Source of the DNA: Mytilus trossulus | Lineage: Eukaryota | Length of the DNA stretch: 64,000 nucleotides | Reading direction: 5' to 3' | Assembly (NCBI RefSeq): GCF_036588685.1 | Contig: NC_086379.1 | Location: 48,484,001-48,548,000 of the forward strand | In this document: positions 21,520 through 33,949 of the stretch, piece after piece | Position numbering within the stretch: the stretch's first letter is position 1 | Layout of the letters: each line of letters starts with the position of its first letter | Made by a program: the position numbers and the translations under genes | Notes under the pieces: model-generated | The model's input: the letters and a program-made list of their open reading frames with translations, nothing else | The model's database searches: none | Told to the model about the DNA's origin: nothing

Positions 21520-22420
21520 AAAATAGTGGGATTCATTACTTTTGAAAGAACCTGATAAATTGCATGCTAATATTCGTGATTTTGAATCTTTTTAAAGTTT
21601 TGGTTTTTCTACACTTGTTACCACATTGTCTCATGTTTTTATAAAGAAAAATCACACACCTGATTAAATGGGCATTACAAATTCCGAATGCGAATACATA
21701 TGTTCAACTCTTTAAGGTCATTTTAAGTAACAAACAAAAGAACAAAAACAATTGGACATGCTTTTGATACTATAATCGCCCCTGAATTTTTATTAGATAA
21801 CAATTGTGTTCGCTTTAGAGATTCCGTATATCATCATGTTATTGGAATTCCAATGGGGACTAACTGTACACCACTTGTTGCGGACCTGTTTCTGTATTGT
21901 AATGAGTTACAATTAATGACTAAAATCAGCAAAGACCCATCGAACAACATCAGATACAAAATTTAACAATACTTTTATATATTCGGATGATATATTGGCT
22001 CTCGATAATGACGACTTCAGTATGTATACTAAAGAAATTTATCCTGTTGAACTAACTTTAAATAAAGCTAAAACTAACAATGAACACTGCCCTTTTCTTG
22101 ATCTTGATATCTAAATCATTAATGGGAAGCTTAATACCAAAGTGTATGATAATACAGATGATTTTTTTTCATTTCATATCGTTAATAATCCATTTTTAGA
22201 TGGTGACATTCCCTTGATAACATTTTAAAGTGTTTATAAATCTCATCTTGCACAATTCGCTCGTTTATGTAACTATGCATTAGATTTAAGCGAGAGAAAT
22301 TTATGTATTAGTGGAAAATTATTACACCAGGGTTTTCGAATTGCACAAACTAGTTTTGTCATCGAAATTTTATCATCGGTACAAGGACATCCTTCGTAAA
22401 TACAATTCAATATGCAGACA
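21520..22420 (+). pseudogene. Degenerate Penelope-like reverse transcriptase fragment
   Basis: Frameshifted GIPMGTNC.PLVADLFLY, DDIL, PFLDLDI, PFLDGDIP motifs. Confidence 0.75.
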
Positions 22421-22540
22421 TATTCATTTGATGCATACATAATCTTTCAATCAGTTTAATTGAGGTCTGAAGCTGGCATGTCAGCAACTGATACTAGTAG
22501 TAGTCCTTTGTTAATGTATGAACCATGTACTATATATATT

Positions 22541-23750
22541 CCATGGTTATTACGAGTAAACATATTTAAACAAACGAATCCGAAGGATGAGTTTGTTTAA
22601 ATATGTCAATGAGTAAGACACATGGTATATAAAATTTGTAATATAAATAAAATGATTGACAGCTTCAAGACCTTCAACTAATATTGGAAATTGATCACGT
22701 TACAGTTTTATCCAATTAAATGGAAGCTCGCGCAAGTCACCTTTGCGCCTCGTGTATGATATTCTGTGTATTTCATGTAATAGAACCCCTGAATTTGCAA
22801 AAAAGGAAAGAAAATGTCAGATTTTCCCGATTATTATTTAGTTTTGCGCCCCGTGTATGGTTGTTTGCGCAAGCTACTTCATAATGTCATCAGACTGAGG
22901 TAAACAAAAATATCGGATTCCAGCGTCGGACAAGGATTAAATAATTATTCTAATGACGGTAAGAATTGTTTTTGTTTTCAAGTATCATACAAATTAATCA
23001 TATTTTACAGAATTTTCATCTCATTGAAAATTGCATATTTATACATTTCTAGTTTTCGTACAAACTGCTTTCTTCCGTTATTTTATTAATTCGATTATTA
23101 GATTATTTATTAAAACACAATTTTAATGATAAAACACTGTACTTAAACAGTAGCGGAGCCAGGGAGAGTAGATAGTGTACGTTCCCCTAATTGATCGCAA
23201 AAAAATCATGTTTTTTAACAGATATTTGTAGCCGATATTTATTCCTTTTTCTATAGGTACCCCCTTTTTAAAATCGAAATTTAATCGGATCTTCGCAAAG
23301 GAAATGATAGGTTCACATTTCATTTTTTTCACAACTTAAAGAAGAAACATTTAGTAATTGTTTCCAAAATTAGGGGAATTCGTAACAATCCTATATAGTT
23401 TGAAAAAGGTTTCTTAAGATGTGGGTACACATAATTTATTGCTTTTTGTTATGAACTGAAAACAAATGAAGATCTTGACCTTTTAGTACGTTTAACAGTT
23501 TCCTAAATATTTAAGAGGCGGATACATTTAAAAAAAAAAAAGGTGGAGCTTCAGCCATGGAATAACATGAACATGAATATGTTATACCATGGCTGAAGCT
23601 CCGCCTTTTCCCTTTGAATACTTGTTGAGTTGCATATTTAATTAGCAAAGTATGGTACAACATTAATTTGCATATAATATACCATGATTTTGCCTCACCA
23701 CACTTTTTAAGCAAATTATTTCATAAAAACATCAAAGGAAAAATCTAATT
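22541..23750. mobile_element. Unclassified ~1.2-kb insertion with two long hairpins
   Basis: Hairpins at 22541-22625 (CATATTTAAACAAAC..GTTTGTTTAAATATG) and 23539-23609 (AAAGGTGGAGCTTCAGCCATGG..CCATGGCTGAAGCTCCGCCTTT); appears to interrupt a SINE-like repeat. Confidence 0.45.
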
Positions 23751-23859
23751 TATGTTACAATGTCATTTTGTTTACTTTTTTTTTGTTATCTATTCTGACA
23801 TCGGACTTTTTTTTAAACTGAGTTTTACTGTGCGTATTGTTGTGTATTTTTTCTACATT

Positions 23860-24117
23860 GGCTAGAGGTATAGAGGTGGTTTGAGACCTAAAAAAACATG
23901 TTTAACCTCACCGCATTGTTGCGCCTATCCAACGTCAGGAGCCTCTGGCCTTTTTTAGACTTGTATGTTTTTTATTTAAGTTTGATTTAAAGATTTCGGG
24001 CGTGGGATTTTCTCGCTGCATTGAAGACCCGTTGGTGGCCTTTGGTTGTTATCTGCTCTTTGGTCGGGTTGTTGTCTCTTCCACATACCGGTATTCGACA
24101 TTTCCATTCTCAATTTT
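23860..24117 (+). repeat. SINE-like interspersed repeat (copies also ~55013-55310, partial ~2590-2670, reversed ~24945-25005)
   Basis: Shared GTCAGGAGCCTCTGGCC..CATTGAAGACC..GGTCGGGTTGTTGTCTCT..TTTCCATTCTCAATTTT. Confidence 0.65.
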
Positions 24118-27100
24118 AAAGTAAATAAATTGTCGTCAGATCCAACCAAGTTTGACTTATTACCTGATCATATTTAATCTAAGCTTCGATCTAGCTATAG
24201 TAATTATAGTTTTTCAGATAATAAGGAAAAACTCGAAAAGAAGAACAAATACCGTTATTAAAGGTCAATTACTCTAAAAAAGAAGTCGTGCTGAATTATA
24301 TGTAAATCTTGCATTGCTGATCAGTTTTCATGTAATCTGATTTAAGTTAATCTGATTATTTTTTATGTTTCTCCACCTGTCAGATTTTCTCTTCTTACTG
24401 CGGTTTTCAAGATGATAGACAAAACCTGTTTTTTACCCCCCGACGTTCTAATTTTATCCCTGTCAGCCATGTTGGTTGACAGGCCGGGAATCGGACACAT
24501 TTTTTTAATCCAGAGTTCCTACAGATGAGTGTGGCCAAGTTTTGTTAAATTTAGTATAGAGCTTCAAAGACGATTATTGTATTAAGTTAACGACAACGAT
24601 GGGCAACGGACATCAAATGATACTTTGAGCCAGAGGACGTTGAAAAAAGGGGGGCCGATTTAGATAGAAAAAAATCTCAGTTCAGGACAACATATTTTCA
24701 TGAGCATGACCTTGGTCAGAGTAGAGATCGTATGGAATAACTAAGTGGGTTTTTTTCTGCATTTTTTTTGTTTTTGTTTTTTTTGTGGTTGATGGTAGAT
24801 TGTAGATTTTTTTGTTAAGATTAAATTTTTACCACATTTTTATAAGACTTGGGACGATATAGATGGACAATTTCACTTTTTTGACAAATTTTTAAACGTC
24901 TTCGTGAGTTTGCATATGTACATTTTTGGGGGAGGACAGCGCAATTGTCTTCAATGCAGCGAGAAAACCCCACGCCCGAAATCGTGCTTCAGCTGGCCCC
25001 TGAACAAAAATGTATACGCGTTTCTCGTTTCTCGAGACGTTTTTTATATTGATTAGACAGTTGGTTTTCCCGTTTGAATGGTTAAACACTAGTAATTTTG
25101 GGTCCCTTTATAGCTTGTTGTTCGGTGTGAGCCAAGGCTCCGTGTTGAAGGCCGTACATTGACCTATAATGGTTTACTTTTTTAAAATTGTTATTTGGAT
25201 AGACAGTTGTCTCATTGGCACTCACACCACATTTTCCTATATCTAGTTCAGTGATAATGGACGTCGTACTAACTCCGAAATCTATAAATCAAACTTAAAT
25301 AAAAGAATCATACAAGCCTAACAAAGGCCCTTTTTTCTAAAATTGGATTTTTTTTCTTTTCTTTGAATTTCGCAATTTTGTTTTCAACATACTGATATAA
25401 AAACGTATATTTGTATATTAAATTACTAATGATTACAATCAGGTTATAGTATACTATCCACAGAGGTCACTGATAATTTATTAATAAATAGATACATATA
25501 TAATATCAATGTCTGTTGTGAGTAGTGAACTAGGCAATGGTTATAAATTATGTAAATATACAGGTTATTGCTAGTATAACATGTATAATTATTTGTGCAA
25601 TAATTTTGAAGGATATATAAAAAAAAAGTATATTTATAAAAGGGGTGTTAGAAAAAAGTAGGATGGCTAATCAGGATTGTCCTGCTCAAGTCGGACCATC
25701 AATTTACAACAGAAAGATAACACAGCTGGTAAAACCAAAACTGAAACTAGATATCAAAACAAATATGTGTTGTTCCACATTTCATTTAAAGTGTGTTAAA
25801 GTATTAATTTGAAGAAATAATTATACATACGATTGTGTGTTTGTATCTGCAGGATACGCACAGTTTTGATACATGTACCGATTTAAAACATCGTATTAAA
25901 TCACGTAGTGTCAATTAAGTTATATTTGTTCAACTTTGTCAAAGTACAAATGTACATAGCGATAGGGTTCATATTATTATATATACATGTACATGTATGT
26001 TATATGAACTTGATTTAAAAGTATAAAATAAGGAATTCTACTGTTAAATTGAAATAAAAAATAATGTGTCCATAGTACACGGATACCCCACTCGCGCTAT
26101 CATTTCTATGTTCAGTGGACCGTGCAATTGGGGTCAAAACTCTAATTTGGCAGTGAAATTAGAAAGATCATATTATCATAGGGAACATGTGTACCAAGTT
26201 TGATTGGACTTCAACTTCGTCAAAAATTACCGTGACTAAAAACTTTAGCCTGAAGCGGGTTAGACGGACGGACGGTACGACGAACGAACGGACGCACAGA
26301 TCAGAAAGCATAATGGCCATAAATGGGGCATAGCATATTATTTGTTGGTCTGTTATACTTAAGCCGCAATACTGACCTATGTTCTTTGTTAACGATCACA
26401 TATGCACCTCTGTACATGTATACGTTAAATATCAAAACGAATTTATTGCATATCCATTCATTTTCAAAAAATCGTAAATTGAGCTGAGTTTTAGTTTACA
26501 TCATCGTCATAAAGATGCATGAAAGATTTGCCGCTGAAATAAATCAAAAAAAAATCACCATTAGTCTGGTTTACTTCAAAGCTTCCCTTGACCGGGCCTA
26601 CTATAATATGTATGTAAGCATTTAGATACATGTAATCGCCAAATCTATTCGCTGCACCTTTTGCTTAGTTGGTATAGGAATGGCTAATCAGCTAGGGTCC
26701 TATGAACCAATCCCGGCTCGTACGCTTGTTACAGTGGTAATCGAAGAGAGGAAAATGATGCTCTGCTGTTAATGTCTTAATTTACTGGTACATTACTATA
26801 TAACATAGGTACTTTTAAGTGGACTATTCATGTATGGTATGAGTTATGGAAAGTCGAACGGTTACTTACATCCACTTAATTCGAACTCTCGTGAGTTCTC
26901 TCGTGGATCCGATGCATTAATTTTAGATGAAATTTTGCAAATATACATTGTAGGCTAAAATTTATAAACGAATCCAATCAAGAAAACTTAACGTTGATCA
27001 CTAAGCCATGTCGTGCGAACCCTGTCAGGGAGAAACGTATGATTCTATATTTGATCATATTTACCAAAACTTGTTGTACTCGTTACACTGGTAAAAATTG

Positions 27101-27336
27101 CCACGCAAATAACAACCATTTGACAATTAAATTAGACCAAGGACAAAAGTGAAATGTTTAAAGGAAACTACAGAGCATATACATCTGATACAAAAAATGA
27201 AGTTTCCAGATCTTCTTCTTTAACACATAAATCTAGCTAGTATGGATAGAAAGAGACAAGCGTTATCTCTACATTCATTATATTTCATTAAGATTATAAT
27301 ACATGTATAATATTGGTAAATTAAGGTCGAATATTT

Positions 27337-27962
27337 TTATTTTTTCACTACAGTATACATGAAATATTCAAAACTTTTATTGCTTAAAATTTTGTAACTA
27401 ATTGAAATATCCAAGTTCCTACACGATTCCTCCAAGAAAGAAATTCGTACATCCGGGTCTTCGTCTGTAAATTGTAACAGCTTTCCGTTCGTACACAACA
27501 CTCTAAATATTTCAGACAGCACGGAATGTGTTCTTTCTTTTCCTTTAAATTTGTCTTTGAGTAAGGAATCTGTTGTGCCTTTATCAAAAATTATGCTCAT
27601 CGTGTCTGATTTAAATGGAAGACTTTCTGCATCACCACAAACAAACATGATTCTTGGTAAAGAATTAGAAGTATCCCGAATGCCTGGTTGAAATATGGAA
27701 GATCGTTGAAAGTGTAGGCATTCGTTCACATAATCGAAACAAAATAAATTAGAATTGTTTTTTAAATGTTTAGATAATTCAGATGGGAATCGCGATGTTC
27801 CGGTACCCAAGTCCAGTAAATTTATTATGTCATTACTTTTGGTTTCTTCTAAATATGGTAAAACCGACTGAACTGTCAAATAAGGATCTGTCAACCAATC
27901 AAATGCCTCGTTACGTTTCTTATACCTCTGATTCCAGTATTCCCATCGACTTAGGCTGTCGT
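27337..27962 (-). CDS. CSKMT: Citrate synthase lysine methyltransferase (METTL12)-like, exon 2 (seven-beta-strand SAM methyltransferase)
   Basis: YWNQRY..FDW, LLDLGTGTS (motif I), DY, GDA..LPF, DKGTTDSLL, TDEDPDVR; acceptor tatttcAG at 27964-27963. Confidence 0.75.
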
Positions 27963-28763
27963 CTGAAATACATGTAAAGAAAACCATAGTGTACAATTTC
28001 AAGTTCATAAACAGATTTCTACCATTTCTAAAAACAAAAGACTTTAATAAAGTCCAATTTACCAGTTATATTCAATAGATCACGATCGTTGAAATCTAAA
28101 AAAAGAAAAGAAAAAAGAAGTCATTACACAGACATAATAAATAAATGAATAATTCGGAAATTTATACCATGAGACGGGACCGAACGAGCATCTGCATCTA
28201 AAAAAAATAATTTGAAAACAGAGAACGATAAGATCGTCTTGCATTTGGCGTAAATCCATTCCATGTTTTACGTGCAATTTTTCCGGGATATTCTAAAAGG
28301 ACAAATCAGCAGTAAAGGATACAGAACTTTTCCTAAGGGGGGGCCGCTACAGTCATGCTTTAATGATTCTCATAATCTTATAATCAACCAAATTTTTACC
28401 ACGAAAGGGGGACCGGGCCTCTCCAACCCCCCAAAAATATATTTACTGTTAGCTGTAATTGTCTTATTCTTTGTTAGCTGTTATATGACTTTTTTCTATT
28501 TGTTATCTGTTATTGAAAATTGGAATGTTAGCATTTTGACAGCCAATCTTCTGTAGAAATTGAAGATAATTGAAAATTGTGATTTGAATGGATAATAGTC
28601 TCATTGGCACTCTGACCACATCTTCTTACGATGTATATATATAAAGCAAATTTACAGATTTAACATTGTTGGGTTGATGTTTAGACGAGTTGTATATATA
28701 TATATATTATATAACAAGTCTAAAAGAATACAACATCACCAAAAACACAATAAAACGAACAAT

Positions 28764-28806
28764 ATGTTAGATATTTCGGATAACAGATATCCTTCTTCGG
28801 TAATTG
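28764..28806 (-). ncRNA. Minimal hammerhead-ribozyme-like motif (variant core) at the Penelope 3' end
   Basis: tta-CCGAAGA-A-GGATA-tctgt-TATCC-GAAA-TA-TC-taa; core reads CCGA instead of CTGA. Confidence 0.45.
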
Positions 28807-29349
28807 CACGATGAAAAATGAATCATGTCAATTCAAATTAAGACTCTATCAAAATCTTGATTTATACAATTTAAGCGAACGCTGGAACAATTTTAAAATT
28901 TTCAAACACACCGCAAAGACTACAAAAATATGCCAAAAATAAAAAAAGTTATTTACGATGTGAAATGGCACAACTCTAAATTCCCAAAGGTGTTGACAGT
29001 TGAGATGTTCAACAACTGCGTGGAAATACAGTCCCAATAAACAGTCCTGACCGATCTAAACTGGTACGATATTTAAAATATGACAACGGTAGGGCAGTTG
29101 CATCAGAGACTGCGTATTTAAACATATAAAAAATATAGTAATTTGATGATAAGAAAATTGAGTAATAAATGTTTACTAAGGTTAAGTAATAGAACGTGGC
29201 TGCGTACTTACACATTCTTGCCAACTGTAATCAAAACTTATATAATTCAAAAATTCCTGAAAAGTGTAAGGGTCCAGTACGGAAGCCGTAGTAACTGGCC
29301 ACAAGTGATGACAGGAAATTAGTGATGGTAGGAAAAATGAGTGACTCTT

Positions 29350-30291
29350 CTATGTTTTTTCATTAATGCCCTCTGGGGAAACTGTCCTCAGCTTTCTTAT
29401 CCAAAAACTTTCCCGAGCAAGTCTGTCGGCCTTTGACCAATCCTCGTTGTGATCTATGATAGTGATGGTAAGTTTTTTAAGATCAGCTTGGGCGTGCCCA
29501 TGTGATCTTAAATGACGACTTACGGGGAGGTCGGGCTTGCATGTGTAGTCGCTACGATGACCATTCATGCGTTTGTTGAATGGCTGTTCTGTCTCGCCAA
29601 CATACTGCATGCCACATCGACACTGAAGAATGTATACAACATTCTGGGTTTTGCAAGTTACATTACAAAATATTGTGTACACAGACCCAGTGGAGTGGCA
29701 AGTAAATGTTTGAGTATTCACTATTTGTTGGCAAGTCAGACATCGTTTGTTACCACACGACTTGCACCATCCTGTAGTTGAACAGCTTTTATTAGAGGAG
29801 ACGGCAGCTTTTACAAATAAGTCTTTTAGACTTGCTGGTCTCCGAAAAGCTAAGACAGGAGGATCGGGAAAGATTTTGGATAATTTTGGGTGATTGGCAA
29901 TACTTTGCCAATTGGCACGGATCAAACGTGAAAGGTTTGAAAAAGCGGGATTGTATGTTAACACAAATGGAACTATTTTGCTGCGCCTCTTCTTTTTGTA
30001 CTGTAACAGGTCTTTGCGGCTGTTATTGTTAGCACGCGCAAACCCCTTATCTATGTCCCATTTCTTATAACCTCGTTTGATTAGAAATCCGCGAAGTTCC
30101 TGTAACCGCTGAGTGACAGCCTCCTCAGAGGAGCAAATCCGCTTTACTCTGAGAGCTTGACTGTACGGGATACTTTTTGTACAGTGTTTGGGGTGACAGC
30201 TTTGGGGAGAAAGGTACTGATGTTTATCTGTAGGTTTACAGTAGAGGTCTGTTGATATGACACCGTCCTTTATAGATGTAGTTGTGTCCAA
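29350..30291 (-). CDS. Penelope-like RT C-terminus + GIY-YIG endonuclease (partial, frame intact)
   Basis: TDLYCKPTD..YL..SCHP..KSIPYSQALR; CCHH-type linker; NVVYILQC..YVGET..KRMNGHRS; RESFWI..GIN. Confidence 0.9.
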   Translation of the reverse strand: MDTTTSIKDGVISTDLYCKPTDKHQYLSPQSCHPKHCTKSIPYSQALRVKRICSSEEAVTQRLQELRGFLIKRGYKKWDIDKGFARANNNSRKDLLQYKKKRRSKIVPFVLTYNPAFSNLSRLIRANWQSIANHPKLSKIFPDPPVLAFRRPASLKDLFVKAAVSSNKSCSTTGWCKSCGNKRCLTCQQIVNTQTFTCHSTGSVYTIFCNVTCKTQNVVYILQCRCGMQYVGETEQPFNKRMNGHRSDYTCKPDLPVSRHLRSHGHAQADLKKLTITIIDHNEDWSKADRLARESFWIRKLRTVSPEGINEKT

Positions 30292-32092
30292 TATATATAT
30301 ATTATATATATTATATATATTAACATATTCAATGACCACATAATAATCTTTATGTTGTACTATAACACCACTGTCCCTGATTAGGGGAGGATTGCACACC
30401 AACTAGCATGCTAAAGTTGACGCAGTTACATTTTGTATGTGCCTATTTTCATGTCAGCCGGGAGCCTGGATCCAGTGGTTGTAGTTTGTTACTGTGTTAC
30501 TAAGTTTCTCGTTCACTATTTTGTGGATAAATAACGCAGTTAGTTTTCTCCTTTGAATTGTTTTACATTACTAAGTGGTGTGGGTTTGAATTATGGCTTT
30601 GGGAATTATACAACATCTTTTTCTTTTAGCATTTATATTATAAGTGCTACATTTGTACTCCCTCTCTTTTCATTTACAGAAAGAGAACCCTGACCACCAT
30701 ATTTTTAAAAGCTTTTTAACTGCTTCACATGGCGATAATTGAAGTTCAGAAACCATTGATGCAAATACAGATGTGTCGTCAGATTAATTTTTCGACAAAT
30801 AGCCTATTTAAAATCCTACAGCTTCTCAAATGCTGTACCCACATTTTCCATATTCTATAATTTCACATAAGATACATGATTGGTGTTTCACTTGGTGTCA
30901 TCCAAATTTTCACTAGGTCCAATTGATATTATACTATCAGAATTGTCACTTGAGTCAATTTCTATTATCAGAATAACCATAAATGGCTTGCGTGTTTCAG
31001 TTACATGTCCTGTCTCCACTGAACTGGGTATTTTTGTATTTTATAAGTTAGTTTTATCATGAGGTCATTAAATAAAAAAAATATATATTGTGCATGAATT
31101 TTTTTTTTATTGCTTGTAAAATATATACATGATATATATTGCTTTTCAGATTTTTTTTTATCTAAAAGTCAAATTTATAATAAAGTGTCAATGTCTGCAC
31201 TATTTTCAAAAACTAAATAAAAAAAACCTAAATCATTAATAATTGATCCCTCAAATGCCCTAGATTAAAAATATCCCTATAGCAAACACGGAACACATAA
31301 ACTAGAAATTTCGTTCATAAAAATTTAACATCCATACTATAACTTATTGCACAAGTTACGGAAAAAAATCAACCATTGAAGGCAGAACTGCCTCAACAGC
31401 CAAAACGTCTTGTTTACACAAATAACAATTTTCTAGGTCCATACCACAAGTTAAATACTAAGATCTACGAGTCATCTACTGGATTGGTCCTGGACAGATT
31501 TATTTTCATATTTCATTTACTGTTATCTGTTATTATCCCTTTTCAATTCATTGTTACCTGTTTTTCACCAAATCAATTCAATGTTTTTCTGTTATGGAGA
31601 CCCCCTTGTCCCCCCCCCCCCCCCCCCCATAAGAGCTACGGTTCCGCAGCTAATGTATAAGGTTCTATAAACAACTTTGAGAAAAGACACGGTTTCTTGT
31701 TTTGAACTGTACACGTTGTATACTTAAATTAGCATCATTCTGCAATTTATATACAATTGAAATGAGACCCCCCCCCCCCCCCCCCGAAAAATTAGTACAA
31801 CATGTTCCTGTCTATACATGGAATTATAAAATGGGAAATGTCTAACCTTTCCTTTGTCTGCGGCTGGGGGAGGGGAGATACCGTTAAGGCTCATTATGTT
31901 AGCATTCAAAAGTAAGATTTATGATAGAACATTATTTTTCACCGGTCACTCGTTTCTTATGACTTGGTTAAAAAGTTTAGCTCTCAGCTCAAGTTTTAGC
32001 TAGCTCTGTCACAAAGTTTGGATGCATAGTGATTGCAATTAGTTCCAAGTCCTCGCTCACACATGTATAGTAACTAAGTTTTAAAAAAATAC

Positions 32093-32177
32093 CTTTTATG
32101 TGTCTCGTTGAAGCCAAGGTCAATACATTTTGTGTTCTTTTTATCATAAAAATACGAAATAATACTTTTGTCAACAT
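32093..32177 (-). CDS. CSKMT: CSKMT-like exon 1, predicted mitochondrial transit peptide
   Basis: MLTKVLFRIFMIKRTQNVLTLASTRHIK (basic, no acidic residues); AAG|GTATTT phase-1 donor in frame with exon 2. Confidence 0.6.
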
Positions 32178-32453
32178 TCTAAATATTAACCTTCAAATAA
32201 ACGAATTATCTACCTTTAGATATAACGTTAAGTAGTTTGTGGCGGGAATTTCAATTTCAATCTTTTAGAAATACTAAGGCTTTTCTATCTCAAGAATAGA
32301 TAACGGTTAACCATAGCATTATTTGCATAATTTGGCAAAACTTTTAAGAATTTTTGGTCCTCAATGCTCTTCAACTTAGTTCTTTATTTGGCCTTTTTAA
32401 CATTTTATGATTCAGTACGTCGAGCATCACTGATGAGTCTCAGTCGTTTTGTA

Positions 32454-32535
32454 CACAGGCACCGTTGTCTCAGAAAAAAATCCTAGTTATATATTAAGGT
32501 ATATAAGAAATTATTTTCTGAGACAAGTGCCTGTG
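32454..32535. mobile_element. 82-bp mini-MITE with 8-bp TSD
   Basis: TIR CACAGGCAC(CG)TTGTCTCAGAAAA / TTTTCTGAGACAAGTGCCTGTG; GTTTTGTA at 32446-32453 and 32536-32543. Confidence 0.8.
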
Positions 32536-32688
32536 GTTTTGTAGACGAATGGCGCGTCTGGCGCAAATGCAAAATTTCAATCCATGGTTGTATCTTTGAT
32601 GAGTTATTATTTACCTGATCGTACGCGTAATTTTACTCTTTTGTTTTCGTTTTTTTTTCTCACTATACAGTACTATACATATTTAAAC

Positions 32689-33012
32689 TTACAAATCTTC
32701 CGTTTTTGTGTCAAACGTAATGCAATTCTCTTCTTGGTGTACGACACTTTCTATTGTCACTACTTCCAAGATATTTCTTTTCGTCGTACTCGTAGTTGTG
32801 TTTTTGACGCACCCTTTCTTGTGTCGAATAAAGAACCACAGAAAAAATGCTTGGAAAATCCCAAGTGATATAAATATAGCAGAAACAGCAATGTTATGTC
32901 CATCATGGTTGTCTTTGTACCATACACATAATGAAACAACTAGTAAGGACATGCCTGTCAAAAGCAATCCAGTTATCGACAGAGAAAGCACTACCACTAA
33001 TCCACGTTTCAT
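32689..33012 (-). CDS. Hypothetical 107-aa protein with two predicted transmembrane helices
   Basis: ATG start, two long hydrophobic stretches split by a short polar loop, basic RHKK after TM2; no recognised family. Confidence 0.45.
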   Translation of the reverse strand: MKRGLVVVLSLSITGLLLTGMSLLVVSLCVWYKDNHDGHNIAVSAIFISLGIFQAFFLWFFIRHKKGCVKNTTTSTTKRNILEVVTIESVVHQEENCITFDTKTEDL

Positions 33013-33949
33013 TTCTTTCGAAAGCTACGTACTATTACGTCATGCAATGACGTATTTAAAACGGCGGGTTTTTCCTCGACCGTACTTGTAAGTGGTACAG
33101 TAGAAGGATATCGGACACGGGGTATGGGGCGGTGGCACTTCAATACTTGATTGATAGAGGGTGCCGCTGGGTTTCTGTTACCCCACCTTTTTCATCTAAT
33201 TTTGATTTAAAAAATGTATACCTTTTCAGATATATTGCGTAGGTAAAAATGTTACATTTTCTCATCTGTTTGGGGTTTTATTCTTGTTGTGTGTAATGTA
33301 ACAGTGGAATACCAAATTGCCAAAAGATAGTAAATTGGTTGATAATACACAGCCGGGAACACCAAGAAAGATGACAGACGAAGTTATGGGAACTTTAAGC
33401 TTATCATATATTTCTGATCATTTCTGATATCATAGTTTTCCCGACCTATTCACATATGTTCAAGCTTAAAATGGTGACCTCTTACTGCGACATGTCCTAT
33501 TACCTTGTATATAGGAAGTGGACCCGAGATCAAAATAATAAGGATACTTTGTATGATTGCATGTACTCCGGGTGGGACAACATATTACATGTACTATCCA
33601 ACAGAAAAAGTCAATGTAAGCAATTGAAATTATCGTATGGCCTTCAACAATGGGCCGCAAAAACTCATACTGTACAGTCAGTTATAAATGGCTCAAGCAT
33701 GACAAAACGTGGGAAATGCATCGAGAAAAAACAACGACCTGCTTTATTTTATGTCAATTCTCCTTTGATCAACGTTTCAGACCGTAGGGTGCTCTAGTTT
33801 AACCCTAGACGATAGCTATCACATTGGCAAACATAACTGTAGCATACTGCTGTTCAAAAGTCATAAATAGAATTGAGAGAAAACAAAAACGGGTTACAAA
33901 CTAAAACCTAGGGAAAACCTATAGGAGGAAAACAAGATCAAACATACAT

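Larger units (their letters stand above)
28712..30291 (-). mobile_element. 5'-truncated Penelope-like retroelement inserted in a (TA)n tract
   Basis: RT thumb plus GIY-YIG ORF followed by ~640 bp of 3' sequence; TA microsatellite on both sides (28693-28712, 30291-30320). Confidence 0.85.

Noticed and set aside
30292-30402. N-terminus of the 350-aa ORF (MVCNPP..IYNIYNIY)
   Set aside because: Chance read-through across the TA microsatellite and flank; homology starts near 30291.
30640-31060. Extra CSKMT exon or separate gene
   Set aside because: Looks coding-like but has stops and no convincing splice pair or motif; exons 1 and 2 already join in frame.
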